This document shows positions 25,104 to 35,400 of a stretch of DNA of 64,000 nucleotides, in pieces. The stretch is taken from positions 13,402 to 77,401 of the forward strand of contig BTUM01000034.1 of assembly GCA_045863235.1 (NCBI GenBank). Direction: 5' to 3'. Below the pieces are notes generated by a model. The model was not told the DNA's origin, searched no databases, and saw nothing but the letters and a program-made list of their open reading frames with translations. This stretch comes from Candidatus Xenobia bacterium (GTDB lineage: Bacteria > Vulcanimicrobiota > Xenobia > Xenobiales > QWHO01). The first letter of the stretch is position 1; each line of letters starts with the position of its first letter. A program made the position numbers and the translations under genes.

Positions 25104-25412
25104 ATGAAGAACTGGATGAACGACACGAGGAAAGCCCTGGCCATCGCCCTGCTGACCATCGGATTGAGCCTGCCCGGCCTGGCCCAGGAGCCCGCCCGCG
25201 ACGCAGCCGCCGACCAGCCGGCCCCCGCGGTAACCGAGACCAACGAAGCCGACACCAAGCTGGTGGCCGAGCCGACCGTCAAGCAGCCCCGCCCCGTCGA
25301 GCTGAACCTGGAGCGCGTTCAGGACTGGCCCGACTACCGCGCCCGCCCCGACATTCCGGCCCTGCCCAATCTCCAGGAGGATCGCGACGACATGAGAGTG
25401 CGCGAGTTCTGA
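25104..25412 (+). CDS. Small secreted hypothetical protein
   Basis: AAGGA RBS; Sec-type signal peptide (ALAIALLTIGLSLPGLA-Q); acidic, Pro-rich mature part. Confidence 0.75.
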   Translation: MKNWMNDTRKALAIALLTIGLSLPGLAQEPARDAAADQPAPAVTETNEADTKLVAEPTVKQPRPVELNLERVQDWPDYRARPDIPALPNLQEDRDDMRVREF

Positions 25413-25428
25413 TTGCGCCCGCTCTATA

Positions 25429-25440
25429 TAGACCGGTCTA
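25429..25440. promoter_or_regulatory. TetR operator copy 3
   Basis: TAGACCGGTCTA preceded by CTATA, between the stop codon and the terminator. Confidence 0.75.
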
Positions 25441-25444
25441 AATT

Positions 25445-25472
25445 TGAGCCTCCGACGAGGAGGCTCATTTTT
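25445..25472 (+). terminator. Intrinsic terminator
   Basis: TGAGCCTCC-gacga-GGAGGCTCA followed by TTTTT. Confidence 0.85.
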
Positions 25473-25508
25473 GCGTTGATCCTCGTGGCATGGTGAAGGC
25501 GACGAAGT

Positions 25509-26660
25509 TCAAGCCGAGACCGCCCCTGGAATCTGCTCCACGTAGGCCTGTGAAAAAGCTGACAGCAGCCGGTCCACGCCATCGCTGGTGGTGTGGGTGA
25601 GATAAAGCTCCGACTCGTCCAGAGCGTAGTCCACGTCCGGCCGTTCGATCTCCGATCCGCCGCGCTTGAGGGCGGCCATGGCGGCGTACAGTCCGAACAG
25701 ACGGGGCATGAGGTGGAGGGCCACCAGGTTGTCCAGAATCGGACGCTTCTGAACCAGGAATTTGCGGAACAAGAGCGCCTGGTAGTACTGGGCCAGCACC
25801 GTCCCGGCCCAGTCGGGCAGGCGGGCCGCCAGTTGCTCCAGGGTGGCCAGGTTGGCTGTGACGCCGGTGTGGGGCAGCTCCACCTCCTCCCCCATCATGA
25901 AACGCTCGGTAGCCGACTGGCGGGCCTTCTGGTCTTGCAACTCAAGGGTGCAGAGGGTGGTGGCCACGTAGAACTGCTCCTGAATCGAGAGCACTTCGTC
26001 TCTGGCCAGGAGCTCTGGCCGGGCCTGCCGGTATGCGTCCTGAAGAAGCTCCAGGGGAACGGCCACCGGGGGAAGCCCGGCGGCAAGCTCGGAGAGCGTC
26101 CACATGGCCCGGGCGGCGCTCCCCTCCTCGGCCATCAACTCCTCCATGCGACGATAGACGGGCCACTCAAGAGTGGCCTGGGTTATCGCGGTGATCCTCA
26201 TCGGGGCAAAGCCCGCCCCGGGGGGATGAAACAACTTCAGCAGATCCTGGATGTCGGGGCCGTGGACCGCCATCGGGCGGCCGTGATTCTGCTTGGCCGC
26301 CGTGCAGTAATAGGAGATGCCCACGTAAAGGCCGTCGGGAGTACGCACAGGCTGGAAAGGGAACTCGCGGCAGCCGATGGGTTTGGAGTCGTAGCCCAGT
26401 TCGGCGTGCACCGCGCACAGGTTGTCCGGGCGCAGGAAGACGCAGGCTCCGTTGAGCCGTTTGAGCAACTTCGAGCCCCCATCGGGGTTCTCATCGAACA
26501 CCCCATCCAGGCCGGTTTCCTGAATCACCCGCAGAGCCAGCGGGCTGTTGGCGATGGCCGCCTCGGTGTGAGGATCGGTGTGAATGCGCCAGGTATGGCG
26601 GCATCCTTTGGCGCATTGAACGCAGTCGTAGTTCTGGTCGGGAGGAAAGATCAGCTCCAT
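25509..26660 (-). CDS. YkgJ/FliB-like cysteine-cluster protein (paralog 1)
   Basis: CVQCAKGC, CVFL...LCAVH, KPIGCREFPF, SYYC; start MELIFPP (ATG 26660). Confidence 0.82.
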   Translation of the reverse strand: MELIFPPDQNYDCVQCAKGCRHTWRIHTDPHTEAAIANSPLALRVIQETGLDGVFDENPDGGSKLLKRLNGACVFLRPDNLCAVHAELGYDSKPIGCREFPFQPVRTPDGLYVGISYYCTAAKQNHGRPMAVHGPDIQDLLKLFHPPGAGFAPMRITAITQATLEWPVYRRMEELMAEEGSAARAMWTLSELAAGLPPVAVPLELLQDAYRQARPELLARDEVLSIQEQFYVATTLCTLELQDQKARQSATERFMMGEEVELPHTGVTANLATLEQLAARLPDWAGTVLAQYYQALLFRKFLVQKRPILDNLVALHLMPRLFGLYAAMAALKRGGSEIERPDVDYALDESELYLTHTTSDGVDRLLSAFSQAYVEQIPGAVSA

Positions 26661-26747
26661 CGGGAGACCTTCCGCGCCTCCAGTACGGCGACCTTCCAAA
26701 AGGGAGTCCGCCGGGGTTTTGGAGAAGCCGGCAGATCGCAACTCACC

Positions 26748-27242
26748 GTGATCGTCTGTCTCAGCTGCGGAAATGCCAACGAAGCCAACACTGGGTTCTG
26801 CCTCCAGTGCAATGCCCGGCTGCCCAAAATCGACCCCACCTCCATCCCCAGCAACACCGGCCACGTGACCGAACGCTACAACAGCATCAAGGAGGCCGCC
26901 GAGAAGGCCAGAGACGGCCGCTGGACGCCAGAGGAGCTAGGACACTATCTGGAGACTGTCTTTGAGCTGCTCGAGAGCCACAAGCTGGGCATCCTGGGTT
27001 ACGTCAAGGAGACCGCATACGACAACGAGGGCGGTCAGGAGGTAGAGGTCGGGGTCAGCGGCATGACCAAGTACGAGGAAGGGCTTCAGCTGATGTTCGG
27101 CTTCGTGGAGACGGGGGACGAGAAGTACCTCGAGTCGGGTCTGCGGCTGATCTGGGAGGGCAACGAGCTGATCAACGAGGCCATGCGCGAGAACCGGGCC
27201 GCCCGCCAAAGGCTCCAGGACGAATGGGGCTACATGTACTGA
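26748..27242 (+). CDS. Zinc-ribbon domain protein
   Basis: GTG start; CLSC-x10-CLQC followed by a helical domain (C-terminal part of track ORF 25593..27242). Confidence 0.75.
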   Translation: MIVCLSCGNANEANTGFCLQCNARLPKIDPTSIPSNTGHVTERYNSIKEAAEKARDGRWTPEELGHYLETVFELLESHKLGILGYVKETAYDNEGGQEVEVGVSGMTKYEEGLQLMFGFVETGDEKYLESGLRLIWEGNELINEAMRENRAARQRLQDEWGYMY

Positions 27243-27388
27243 AGGCGCGTGTGAACGAACACAGCTTCTGGATGAAATGACTCCGCAACAATGTTAACAA
27301 CTCTGTAACATCATCGCGCTGGAATTCACTCTGGTGTATCCGGGGTATCCTAAACTGAGTCCAACACCGACGACAGGAGACCCCCCCG

Positions 27389-27778
27389 ATGCGCCGCAAA
27401 CCCGCCCGCGAAGTTCTCAAAGGAACCGGAACCGTGTCCGAGGCGTTGCGGAGCAGTCTCAAGGCAGCGGGTTTCCTGGAGGCCATCGACAGCATCAACA
27501 CCCCCCGGTTCTGGCGTTACGTCGAGCAGCCGGCGTCGTTGATGCGGCATGGTTGGCGACTGTCGGTGGACAAGAGCGAGAGCTCCACCCTGGTCTATCG
27601 CATCGGCGAGGCGCCCCGGGTTGGCACGCGCATGTTCGTCTCCCCCGGTCAAACCCTGATCCTGGACCGCAAGAATCGCGTGGCCGTGCTGCTCAGCTTC
27701 GCCAACGGCGAGGCCCAGGAGATCAGGATCGACCTCAAGAGCAAGAAGGTTGTGCAGGACCGCTGGTTGGCGGGATAG
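27389..27778 (+). CDS. Hypothetical protein
   Basis: AGGAG RBS; 129 aa; terminator-like hairpin downstream. Confidence 0.65.
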   Translation: MRRKPAREVLKGTGTVSEALRSSLKAAGFLEAIDSINTPRFWRYVEQPASLMRHGWRLSVDKSESSTLVYRIGEAPRVGTRMFVSPGQTLILDRKNRVAVLLSFANGEAQEIRIDLKSKKVVQDRWLAG

Positions 27779-27827
27779 CGGTCGGGCCCGTCCCTACCCA
27801 CAGGTGGGGGCGAATCTGCAAGACGAC

Positions 27828-27856
27828 GAGCGCGCGGACCAGGCGCGCTCCTTTTT
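27828..27856 (+). terminator. Putative intrinsic terminator
   Basis: GAGCGCGC-ggaccag-GCGCGCTC followed by CTTTTT. Confidence 0.6.
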
Positions 27857-27891
27857 GTACTTTGTTCAGGCTGAAGGGTTAGGCTTCAGTC

Positions 27892-28449
27892 ATGGAGATC
27901 CGCAACTTTCCACGCCAGGATCTGCTCGAATTCACCCGGGCCCTGCGCGATTCCGATCCGACCCTGGCCGAGCGCAGCCAGGAAGACGAGGTGCTCTTTG
28001 CCCGCACCCCCGGGGCTACCCTGGGCGAGATGCAGGAGAATGCCGCCCTGCAGGCCCACCGCCTGGAAACTCGTTCGCGCAAACTGGCCTGGGCCAGCTC
28101 GGGGTTGTTGCTGGCGGCCGGCGTCAGCGTCTTCTCGTTGATCAGCTCCAGCCCGGGTCCGGCTCTGGGTCTGGGGCTGGCCCTCGGGCTGGGCTCAGGA
28201 GCCTGCGTTCTGGCCGGCCGCCGGGCCAGCCGGGAAGCCAACGACATGGTGCGAAGCCGGGCCCGACTGGGCACCTACGGCTCGGTTCTGGCCACCCTGA
28301 CCGAGCGCCGCGAGTCAGCCGAGCGCGAGGTGGGAAACCTGGCTCGGGGCCTGACACCCGAGCAATCGCTGACCATCCGCCAGGACAAGGACGCCCTCAT
28401 CGTCGGGGGCGTGAGGGTGAAGCGTCACTCGGGCAAGAGCGAGAGCTGA
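27892..28449 (+). CDS. Hypothetical protein with two adjacent TM helices
   Basis: Hydrophobic hairpin (GLLLAAGVSVFSLI / ALGLGLALGLGSGACVLA). Confidence 0.7.
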   Translation: MEIRNFPRQDLLEFTRALRDSDPTLAERSQEDEVLFARTPGATLGEMQENAALQAHRLETRSRKLAWASSGLLLAAGVSVFSLISSSPGPALGLGLALGLGSGACVLAGRRASREANDMVRSRARLGTYGSVLATLTERRESAEREVGNLARGLTPEQSLTIRQDKDALIVGGVRVKRHSGKSES

Positions 28450-29594
28450 TCGAGGTAGGCTGAGGCAAAGCCTGCAAAGAGCGGATTCACCCCCGACACG
28501 TGAGTTAGCATGTGCAGCTCGGCATGATCGTAGGCCATGTGCAGGTGCTCGTCGTGGCTGGCCTGCGGGCGCTTGAGTCCATCCACGAAGTGGTAGAAGC
28601 GCAGCACGCTGGGAATCAAGGACAGAGCGGCCAGATTGTCGATCAAGGGCCGGTCCATGGTGAGGAACTTGCGAAAGAGCAGGGCCCGTAGATAGCGCAG
28701 GATGCCCTGTTCGAGCTCGGAAGCCGAGCCTGACTCGGGGCCGTGCAAAAAGACGTAGAGCCCGGGCAGGGTGCCCCGCCAGCCGCTGCGCGTCAGGTCC
28801 ACCTCGCGGCCTTCCAGCAGCGCCTCGGTGATGGGGCGGGCCATCTCGGGATGAGGGGCCTCGATGGTCCCCACCATCGCGGCCAGGAAGAACTCGCGCA
28901 AGGTGCCCAGCACCTCGTCCTCCTCCAACCGGTGGGTGGGGGGACGATCGAGCAGCACGCCCAGGACATCCTCCCCCAGCACCCGGTCAGATCGGCCCTG
29001 ATGCACCAGCATGGCCCTGCCGAGGGTGCCGATGGCGCGCGCCAGGGCCGCATCGGGCGGGCTTTCGGCCAGCCAGCGCGTCAGTCTGTGCTCGATCAAC
29101 CGGTAGGCCGGCCAATCGACCGCCAGGCCCAGACCGGCCGCGATCGGCTCGAAACCCACCGAGCGATAGCCATACTCGCGGATCAGCTCCTCGAGCTCGC
29201 CGGCATACTCGCTCAGAGGACGACCGCTGTTTCTCTGCACCGAGGGACAGTAGAAGGAGACCCCGATCACCACCCCGTCGGGGGTGGGGCGGATCAAGAA
29301 CGGGTACTGGCGACAACCAATCGGCTTGGATTTGCGGTCGATCTCGGAGTGGATGCGGCACAGCTCGTGCTCATCGAGAAAGATGCAAGAACCTTCCCGG
29401 CGCACGGTGCGGCAGGTGCCGTCCTCCATGTCCTCGAGCGGGGAGACTCCGGTCTCTTGCAGGATGCGAAGCTCGAGAGCGCTGCCGCGGATCTTGTCGC
29501 GCGAGGCCTCATCCACGTGGATCTGCCAGTTGCGACAGCAGCGCGAGCAATCGCGGCACTCGAAGCTCTGCTCGGGCAGGAAGTGGAGTTGCAT
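28425..29594 (-). CDS. YkgJ/FliB-like cysteine-cluster protein (paralog 2)
   Basis: CRDCSRCC, CIFL...LCRIH, KPIGCRQYPF, SFYC; start MQLHFLP (ATG 29594). Confidence 0.85.
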   Translation of the reverse strand: MQLHFLPEQSFECRDCSRCCRNWQIHVDEASRDKIRGSALELRILQETGVSPLEDMEDGTCRTVRREGSCIFLDEHELCRIHSEIDRKSKPIGCRQYPFLIRPTPDGVVIGVSFYCPSVQRNSGRPLSEYAGELEELIREYGYRSVGFEPIAAGLGLAVDWPAYRLIEHRLTRWLAESPPDAALARAIGTLGRAMLVHQGRSDRVLGEDVLGVLLDRPPTHRLEEDEVLGTLREFFLAAMVGTIEAPHPEMARPITEALLEGREVDLTRSGWRGTLPGLYVFLHGPESGSASELEQGILRYLRALLFRKFLTMDRPLIDNLAALSLIPSVLRFYHFVDGLKRPQASHDEHLHMAYDHAELHMLTHVSGVNPLFAGFASAYLDQLSLLPE

Positions 29595-29652
29595 CGGCCC
29601 CCCTTCGACTCGGGCCAGGAGTTTCCCGGTCTGTGAGGCGAAGGCCGCCCGG

Positions 29653-31539
29653 GTGAGTCGCAACTGCCTGGTGCTCATCGTGCTGCTCTCGCTGGTACTG
29701 TCCCTACCGGCAAGCTATGGCCAGGGCCCGCTCTACAGCGTGATCGAGCTGCGAGCGCTCGACTTGATGTTTGTCTTGAGGGGGAACCAGGAGCCGATCT
29801 CGACCGAGCCAGCCGTGGTGATGATCGGCATTGACACAAAGTCGTTCCGCGAGCAGGGGCGCAACACTGTGTTCTGGCTCGAGGACATCGGACTGGTCTG
29901 CAAGGCCCTGCTCGAGGCTGGAGCGCTCTGCGTGGGAATCGACCTGCTGGTGGGAGACAACGGTCTGGGAGGCGGGCTGGAGACCCCGAAATACCGAGCT
30001 GTCAGGGACGTGCTGGAGCAAGAAGAGGGGGTCCTGCTCGAGGCCCTCGCCAGTGAGAAAGTCGTGCTGGCCCAGTACTACAATCCGCAAACCAACATCC
30101 TGGTGCCCAACCCCGAGCCGGGAGAGGGGGTCGCCGTCAACGCCCTGGCGACCATGGCCCAAACTCAGGGCAATCTGTGCCTGGTCAACACGGGAGAAGA
30201 GCAGGGGGTGGTGCGGACCGTGCCCTACCTGACGCGCCAGAACGACCCCACCCCGGGCTCTCGAATGTTCGCCTTTCGCCTGGTCGAACTGGCTCGGGGC
30301 AAGTTGTTCGAGCTGAAAGGCAACGAACTCTATCTGGGCGAGGACGAGATCCCCACCGAGTTCGACGACGGCGTCCCCAGGGTCCGCGTCAACTATCCCG
30401 GCCCGCCCGACACCTGGGGCTCGGCCTTTTCTCGCCGGGCCAGCTTCGTGGACCTGCTCGGCGAAGTGAAGGCAAAGAAGCCTCTGAAGGGCTACCAGAA
30501 CACCATCTGCATCCTGTTCTTCCAGGATCCGGCCGAGCAGGACTACCGCACCACTCCCTTCAACCTGATCACCGGCTTCGACTCGGCCGGAGCGGAGATC
30601 CACGCGAGTCTGGTCAACTCGCTGCTGACCGGCCGCCTGATCACCCGAGCAGGCCCGGGAGAATGGGTGGGCCTGACGCTGGCACTGGCTCTGGCCGTGG
30701 GGTGGGCCGCCTTCCGGCTGCGCTGGTATCTCAGCCTTCCCACTGCTCTGCTGCTGCTGGTGGGCTACTTCTTTGGCGCCGTCACGCTCTTCACCCGGCA
30801 AGGTCACTGGGTCCCGCTCGTCACTCCCCTGCTGGCCGGAGTGGGAGCCTACCTGGTGGCTTACGTAGCTCGCTACGACCTGGTCAAGCGCCTCCTGGGC
30901 AGCATGGTGGGCAGCCAGGTCATGGATCGCATGCTCAAGGAGACCGAGGTCACGATGCTGGGAGGCGAGCGGCGCCGGGTCACCGTGCTCTTCTCGGACA
31001 TCAACGACTTCACCCCCGTCACCGAGCGCTCGAGCCCGGACCGGGTCATCACCATGCTCAACGAATATTTCGGCGCGATGGCAGAGATCGTCGAGAAGCA
31101 CGGAGGCAATCTCAAGCAGTTCGTAGGAGATGCGATCATGGTGATCTACAACGCTCCCCAATACCAGCCCGACCACGCCGCCCGAGCCGTCATGACCGGC
31201 CTGGAGATGATCGAGCGACTCGAGCAGATGAAAGCCTCAGCCAACGGGAGGGAAGGCTTCTACGAGGTCAAAATCGGGATCAATACGGGGGACGTCGTGG
31301 TGGGCAACGTGGGAACGGCCAAACGCATGGAATACGCCGCCGTGGGAGACGACGTCAACCTGGGCGCCCGCATCGAGACTCTGACCAAGAAGTTGGGAGC
31401 CTTCCTGCTGGTGAGCGCAGCCACCAAGCAGGAGGCCGAGCGCCACCTTCCGGGAGTGGAGTGGATCTCGCGCGGGGTGCAGCAATTCAAAGGAAAGACT
31501 GCCGAAATGGAAGTGTTCGAGGTTCGCCGGAAGAAGTGA
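29653..31539 (+). CDS. CHASE2-domain class III adenylate cyclase
   Basis: N-terminal TM; VVMIGID...IGIDLL and GAEIHA (CHASE2); 3 TM; VLFSDINDFT, KQFVGDAIM, IGINTG, GDDVNLGARIE. Start estimated at GTG 29653. Confidence 0.9.
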   Translation: MSRNCLVLIVLLSLVLSLPASYGQGPLYSVIELRALDLMFVLRGNQEPISTEPAVVMIGIDTKSFREQGRNTVFWLEDIGLVCKALLEAGALCVGIDLLVGDNGLGGGLETPKYRAVRDVLEQEEGVLLEALASEKVVLAQYYNPQTNILVPNPEPGEGVAVNALATMAQTQGNLCLVNTGEEQGVVRTVPYLTRQNDPTPGSRMFAFRLVELARGKLFELKGNELYLGEDEIPTEFDDGVPRVRVNYPGPPDTWGSAFSRRASFVDLLGEVKAKKPLKGYQNTICILFFQDPAEQDYRTTPFNLITGFDSAGAEIHASLVNSLLTGRLITRAGPGEWVGLTLALALAVGWAAFRLRWYLSLPTALLLLVGYFFGAVTLFTRQGHWVPLVTPLLAGVGAYLVAYVARYDLVKRLLGSMVGSQVMDRMLKETEVTMLGGERRRVTVLFSDINDFTPVTERSSPDRVITMLNEYFGAMAEIVEKHGGNLKQFVGDAIMVIYNAPQYQPDHAARAVMTGLEMIERLEQMKASANGREGFYEVKIGINTGDVVVGNVGTAKRMEYAAVGDDVNLGARIETLTKKLGAFLLVSAATKQEAERHLPGVEWISRGVQQFKGKTAEMEVFEVRRKK

Positions 31540-32408
31540 AACAGTTTTCCCTCATCGCCCTGCTCTTGCTCGCACTCACGGGGATGGCCCGGGCCCAGAA
31601 CGAGGCTCTGATCACAAAGGTGCAGGGCACCGTCACCCTCAATGGCAAGCCGGCCAAAGTGGCTCAGCGGTTGGCTCGCGGGGACAAGCTCGAAGTCCCC
31701 AAAGGGAGCTCGGTGACCCTGGTCTACCTCACCGACAGCCACAAGGAAACCCTGACGGGGCCTGGCTTTGTCAAAGTGGGCACGGCTGAGCACTCGGGTC
31801 AGATCGAGCGCCAGTCCGGTCCGGGAGCCATCAGCAAGGTTCCCAGCGGCAACATCGGCAAGGCCGGAGTGGCCAGCATCCGGGCCGAATTCGACTACGC
31901 CACTCTACGCCGCCGTGAGGACGGCAAGGTGGAGGTGGTCTTCTCAGCCCGGCCCGAGTTCGAAGGCCCGCTTACGCTCTCGGCGTTCCCCTACAATCCT
32001 GAGACGGCTGGCCCGTCCGAATCCGCCATCGCCTCGGAGGTGACCGCCACCGGACCGAACCAGCAAAACGAGCTGATCGCCCTCCTGCCCGAGTCGGTCG
32101 AGACCGGGGTGCCCATCCGGCTGCTTTTCAGCGCCCCCGACACTCCCACGGTGGGTCGTTGGGCCGTGCTGCTGAGCCCCGAGCGAGCCGACAGCCTCGA
32201 GTTCATGCGCCAGTGGGCCTTCGAAGAGCCCTTCCGGTTGGAGCGTCTGCTCAGCTATTGCCAGATCGCCTACGAATGGAACGACTTCTCCGAGGCCCTG
32301 CGAGCCGCTCGCCAGGCCTACGAGGTCAAGAAGAACGAGAGCGTGCGCGAGCTGTTCCGAAAGCTCCTGTTCCTCAACCAGCAAGAAGGAGAAGCCAGGA
32401 GCCTCTAA
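31536..32408 (+). CDS. Secreted protein with a FecR-like N-terminal beta domain and a helical C-terminus
   Basis: GTGA overlap with the cyclase stop; signal peptide; ITKVQGTVTLNG...LARGDKLEVPKGSSVTL. Confidence 0.72.
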   Translation: MKQFSLIALLLLALTGMARAQNEALITKVQGTVTLNGKPAKVAQRLARGDKLEVPKGSSVTLVYLTDSHKETLTGPGFVKVGTAEHSGQIERQSGPGAISKVPSGNIGKAGVASIRAEFDYATLRRREDGKVEVVFSARPEFEGPLTLSAFPYNPETAGPSESAIASEVTATGPNQQNELIALLPESVETGVPIRLLFSAPDTPTVGRWAVLLSPERADSLEFMRQWAFEEPFRLERLLSYCQIAYEWNDFSEALRAARQAYEVKKNESVRELFRKLLFLNQQEGEARSL

Positions 32409-32414
32409 CTCTAA

Positions 32415-35400
32415 CTAGTCCCCGACGCCGATCAGCACGAACGGGGCCCAGAAGAACGGCGCGGGGCGAGTCGCCCGCACCTTGAGACAGGCCTGCCGGG
32501 CGGCCTGGGCGGGGCTGTGGCCCTGAGCCAGGGCCCGATGCAACTCGGCCATCCACTCGGCGGTGGCCACGTCCGAGACCTTCCACAGGCTGGCCAGCAC
32601 CGACCGGCTCCCGGCGTGCTGGAAGGCGCGCGACAGCCCGACCATCTCGTCCCCGCCGGCCCCCTGGAAACCACCCAGACCGGTCTGGCAGGCCGAGAGG
32701 ACGGTCAACTCGGCCTGCATCTCCCACTGCATGATGTCGCTCACGGTCACCAGCGTGTCGGTGGCTACCAGGCCCGAGAACAGGGGGGTGCGCGAGTCCA
32801 GCAGGCCGTGGGTGGCCAGGTGCACCAGGCGAGCTCCCCGCACGACCCGGGACAGGTTGGCCCCCGTCATCTCGGCTTCGCGCAACACCGTGCGCCTGGG
32901 ATAGAGCGGCTCCACCGAGCGAATCTCGGCCAGGGTGCCCGGCAGAGGCGAGAAATCAGCCCGGGTCACCAGCTTGTGGGCCGATCCCAGCTCGCCTCCC
33001 CAGTTGACACTGGCATTGCCCAGGGCAGCCAGCACCACTCCGTCGGCGCCCGAGCGGGGCCGCGCGCGGATCAGCATCCAGGCAGCTGCGCTGGGAAGCT
33101 GCGCCACGGCGGTCTTCTCGACCAGCGGGGCGCCCCCCAGCTCGAGGGCCTGGAAGGGCAGGTAGTGCAGCGTGCCGTGGGGCACCACCAGCACTTCGCT
33201 GGCTCCGGCCAGCTCCTGACTGGCCGGCTGCAAGAGCAACGTCCCCAGCTCGCCCAGCACCGGGCCGCTGGCCTGGTCGAGCTGCAGCAGCTGGCGCCGG
33301 GCCGCCTCCACCAATAGGGTCAGGCGCCCTGCGTCCGCATCCAGGGTTACGGCCCGCAGGGCCTGCGGGGTGAGAATGAACAATCGCGCCCGGCCCTCCG
33401 GGGGAACGTAGTACTCCAGCATGACCCGACCCGGCCCCAGCGCTGCCTGGATGGCTTGCAACTCGGGAACACGCACCTCACGCAGAGAAGCCGTCTCGGG
33501 ACTGAGCCGGCGTATCTCGTCCAGGACGGCGGACAGCTCGCGCTTGACCTCCTGGATGGGGCGGCCCCCGGGCAGCCCGGCCAGATGATTGCGAAGCGCG
33601 AGTCGCAAGGCCGCCTCCTGGTCCACCAGATTCCGGGGCAGCCTGGAAGTCTGGGGCAGGCGCCCCTGGGCCAGCGACTCCAGGAAAGCCCGGGCTCGCG
33701 AGCGCTCGGAGACGATGAAGGCCTGCTCGGCCTTGCCCTGCTGGAGCAAGAGCTCGATCAGAAGTTGATAGGCGCGGTGATTGCGTCCCAGGAAAGCCGC
33801 CTTGGAAGCCGGTGTGAGACCCACCGAAAGCTCCTCGAAGAGAGCGATGGAGCCTTCCAGAGCCTCCACCGCTTCAAGAGCGCGCCCCCGGCTGGCCAAC
33901 AGCTCGCCTCGCAGCATCAAGCTGACCGCCTCGGCCTGGCGATTGCCCAGCTCGCGGTGTCGTTCCAGAGCCCGGGCCGAGGTCTGAAGGGCCTCGTCGG
34001 GCTGGCCCAGACGGTCCTGCACGCCCGCCAGGAGATCCAGCGAGCTGGCCTCCAGGTCGGCCATGCCCAGCTGTCGCGAGAGCTTCAATGACGCTTCCAG
34101 GTAGGCCAGGGCCGCCCGGTCGTCGGACTCGAGCGCAGCCAGGTTGTTGAGCAGATTGGCCTGCAACAGCTCGTCATGGATCTGGCGGGCCAGCTTCAAG
34201 CTGGCTTCAAAGTTTTGCCGGGCCTGCTCGGCCTGGTCGGCCTCCTGAAACGAAGCGGCCAGGTTGTTCAGGGTGTAGGCTTCGCCTCGCTCGTCGCCGG
34301 TGCGTCGCCGGGAGCGCAGCGAGAGCTCGTAGAGCTCGCGAGCTTCCACAGTGCGGCCCAGGAACTGGTAGGTCAGGCCCAGGGCGCTCAGAGTGACGCC
34401 CAGCTGGGTCTCGTCCCGCTCGCTGGCTGCCTGCTCGCGGGCGCGATGCAGGCAGTCCAGGGCGCGGGGATAATCGCCCAGGTTGTAGTAAACGGTGCCC
34501 AGGTTGGACAGGGTGATCGCCCGGGGGCTCAAGCGATAGGCCTCCAGGTAGGCATCCCGAGCCCGCTGGTAGTCGCCCTGGCTCTGACAGGCCTCGCCCA
34601 GGTTGTTGTGCAGGGTGGCCAGAAACGGATCGTCCGAGGGGCAGATCTGCAGGGCCTCCTCCAGGCTGCTCGCGCTCTCTTGCAGGCGCCCGGCGCGATT
34701 GAGGATGATCGCTCGGTCGTTGAGGGCCCGGGCACGAGCCAGCGGGTCCGCGGCCTGCTGAAGGCCCTCGTCGCAGAGGGCCAGGGCTCGCTCCAGTTGA
34801 CCGGCCCGCACCAGCATGTTGGCTGCCTGCAGCCGTCTTCCAGGCAGTACGCCCAGCACCGACTCGATGAGCCGGGCCGCCCGCACCGGGTCGGTCTCCA
34901 ACTCGGCCGCCTCCACGGTCAGCTCGGCCGCTCGTACCGGGTCGCTGGCCGCATACAGCCGGGCCGACTCGAGCAGGGCCTGGCAGGCCAGCTCCGGCTG
35001 CTTGAGATAGGCCCGACAACGCCCCAGCTTGTAGAGCAGGGCCGCCCGGGCGGCCGGCTCGGTCGTCTGGGCGAGCCGGGCCTGAAAGTCAGCCGCTGTG
35101 CGGGTCACCAGCTCCACAATGCCATCGGCCGTCTGGATCGCCTTCTGCTGGCGCTGGGCATTGCCCGCCTGGCCCCACAGCTCGGCCGCCTGGCGCCAGC
35201 ACTGCTCCATCAGCACCGGGTGTGAGCCAGCGGCGTAAACCACGGCCAGCTGCTCCATCGACTGGGCTTGCTGGGTCAGATCGCCGGCCTGGCGGGCCAG
35301 CTCGAGAACCTCGTCCAGGTCGCGCTGAGCACCCGGATAGTCGTCCAGCTGCAGTCGGACGCGGCCGCAGTGATAGAGGGCGTGGCGCAGGTTGACCAGG

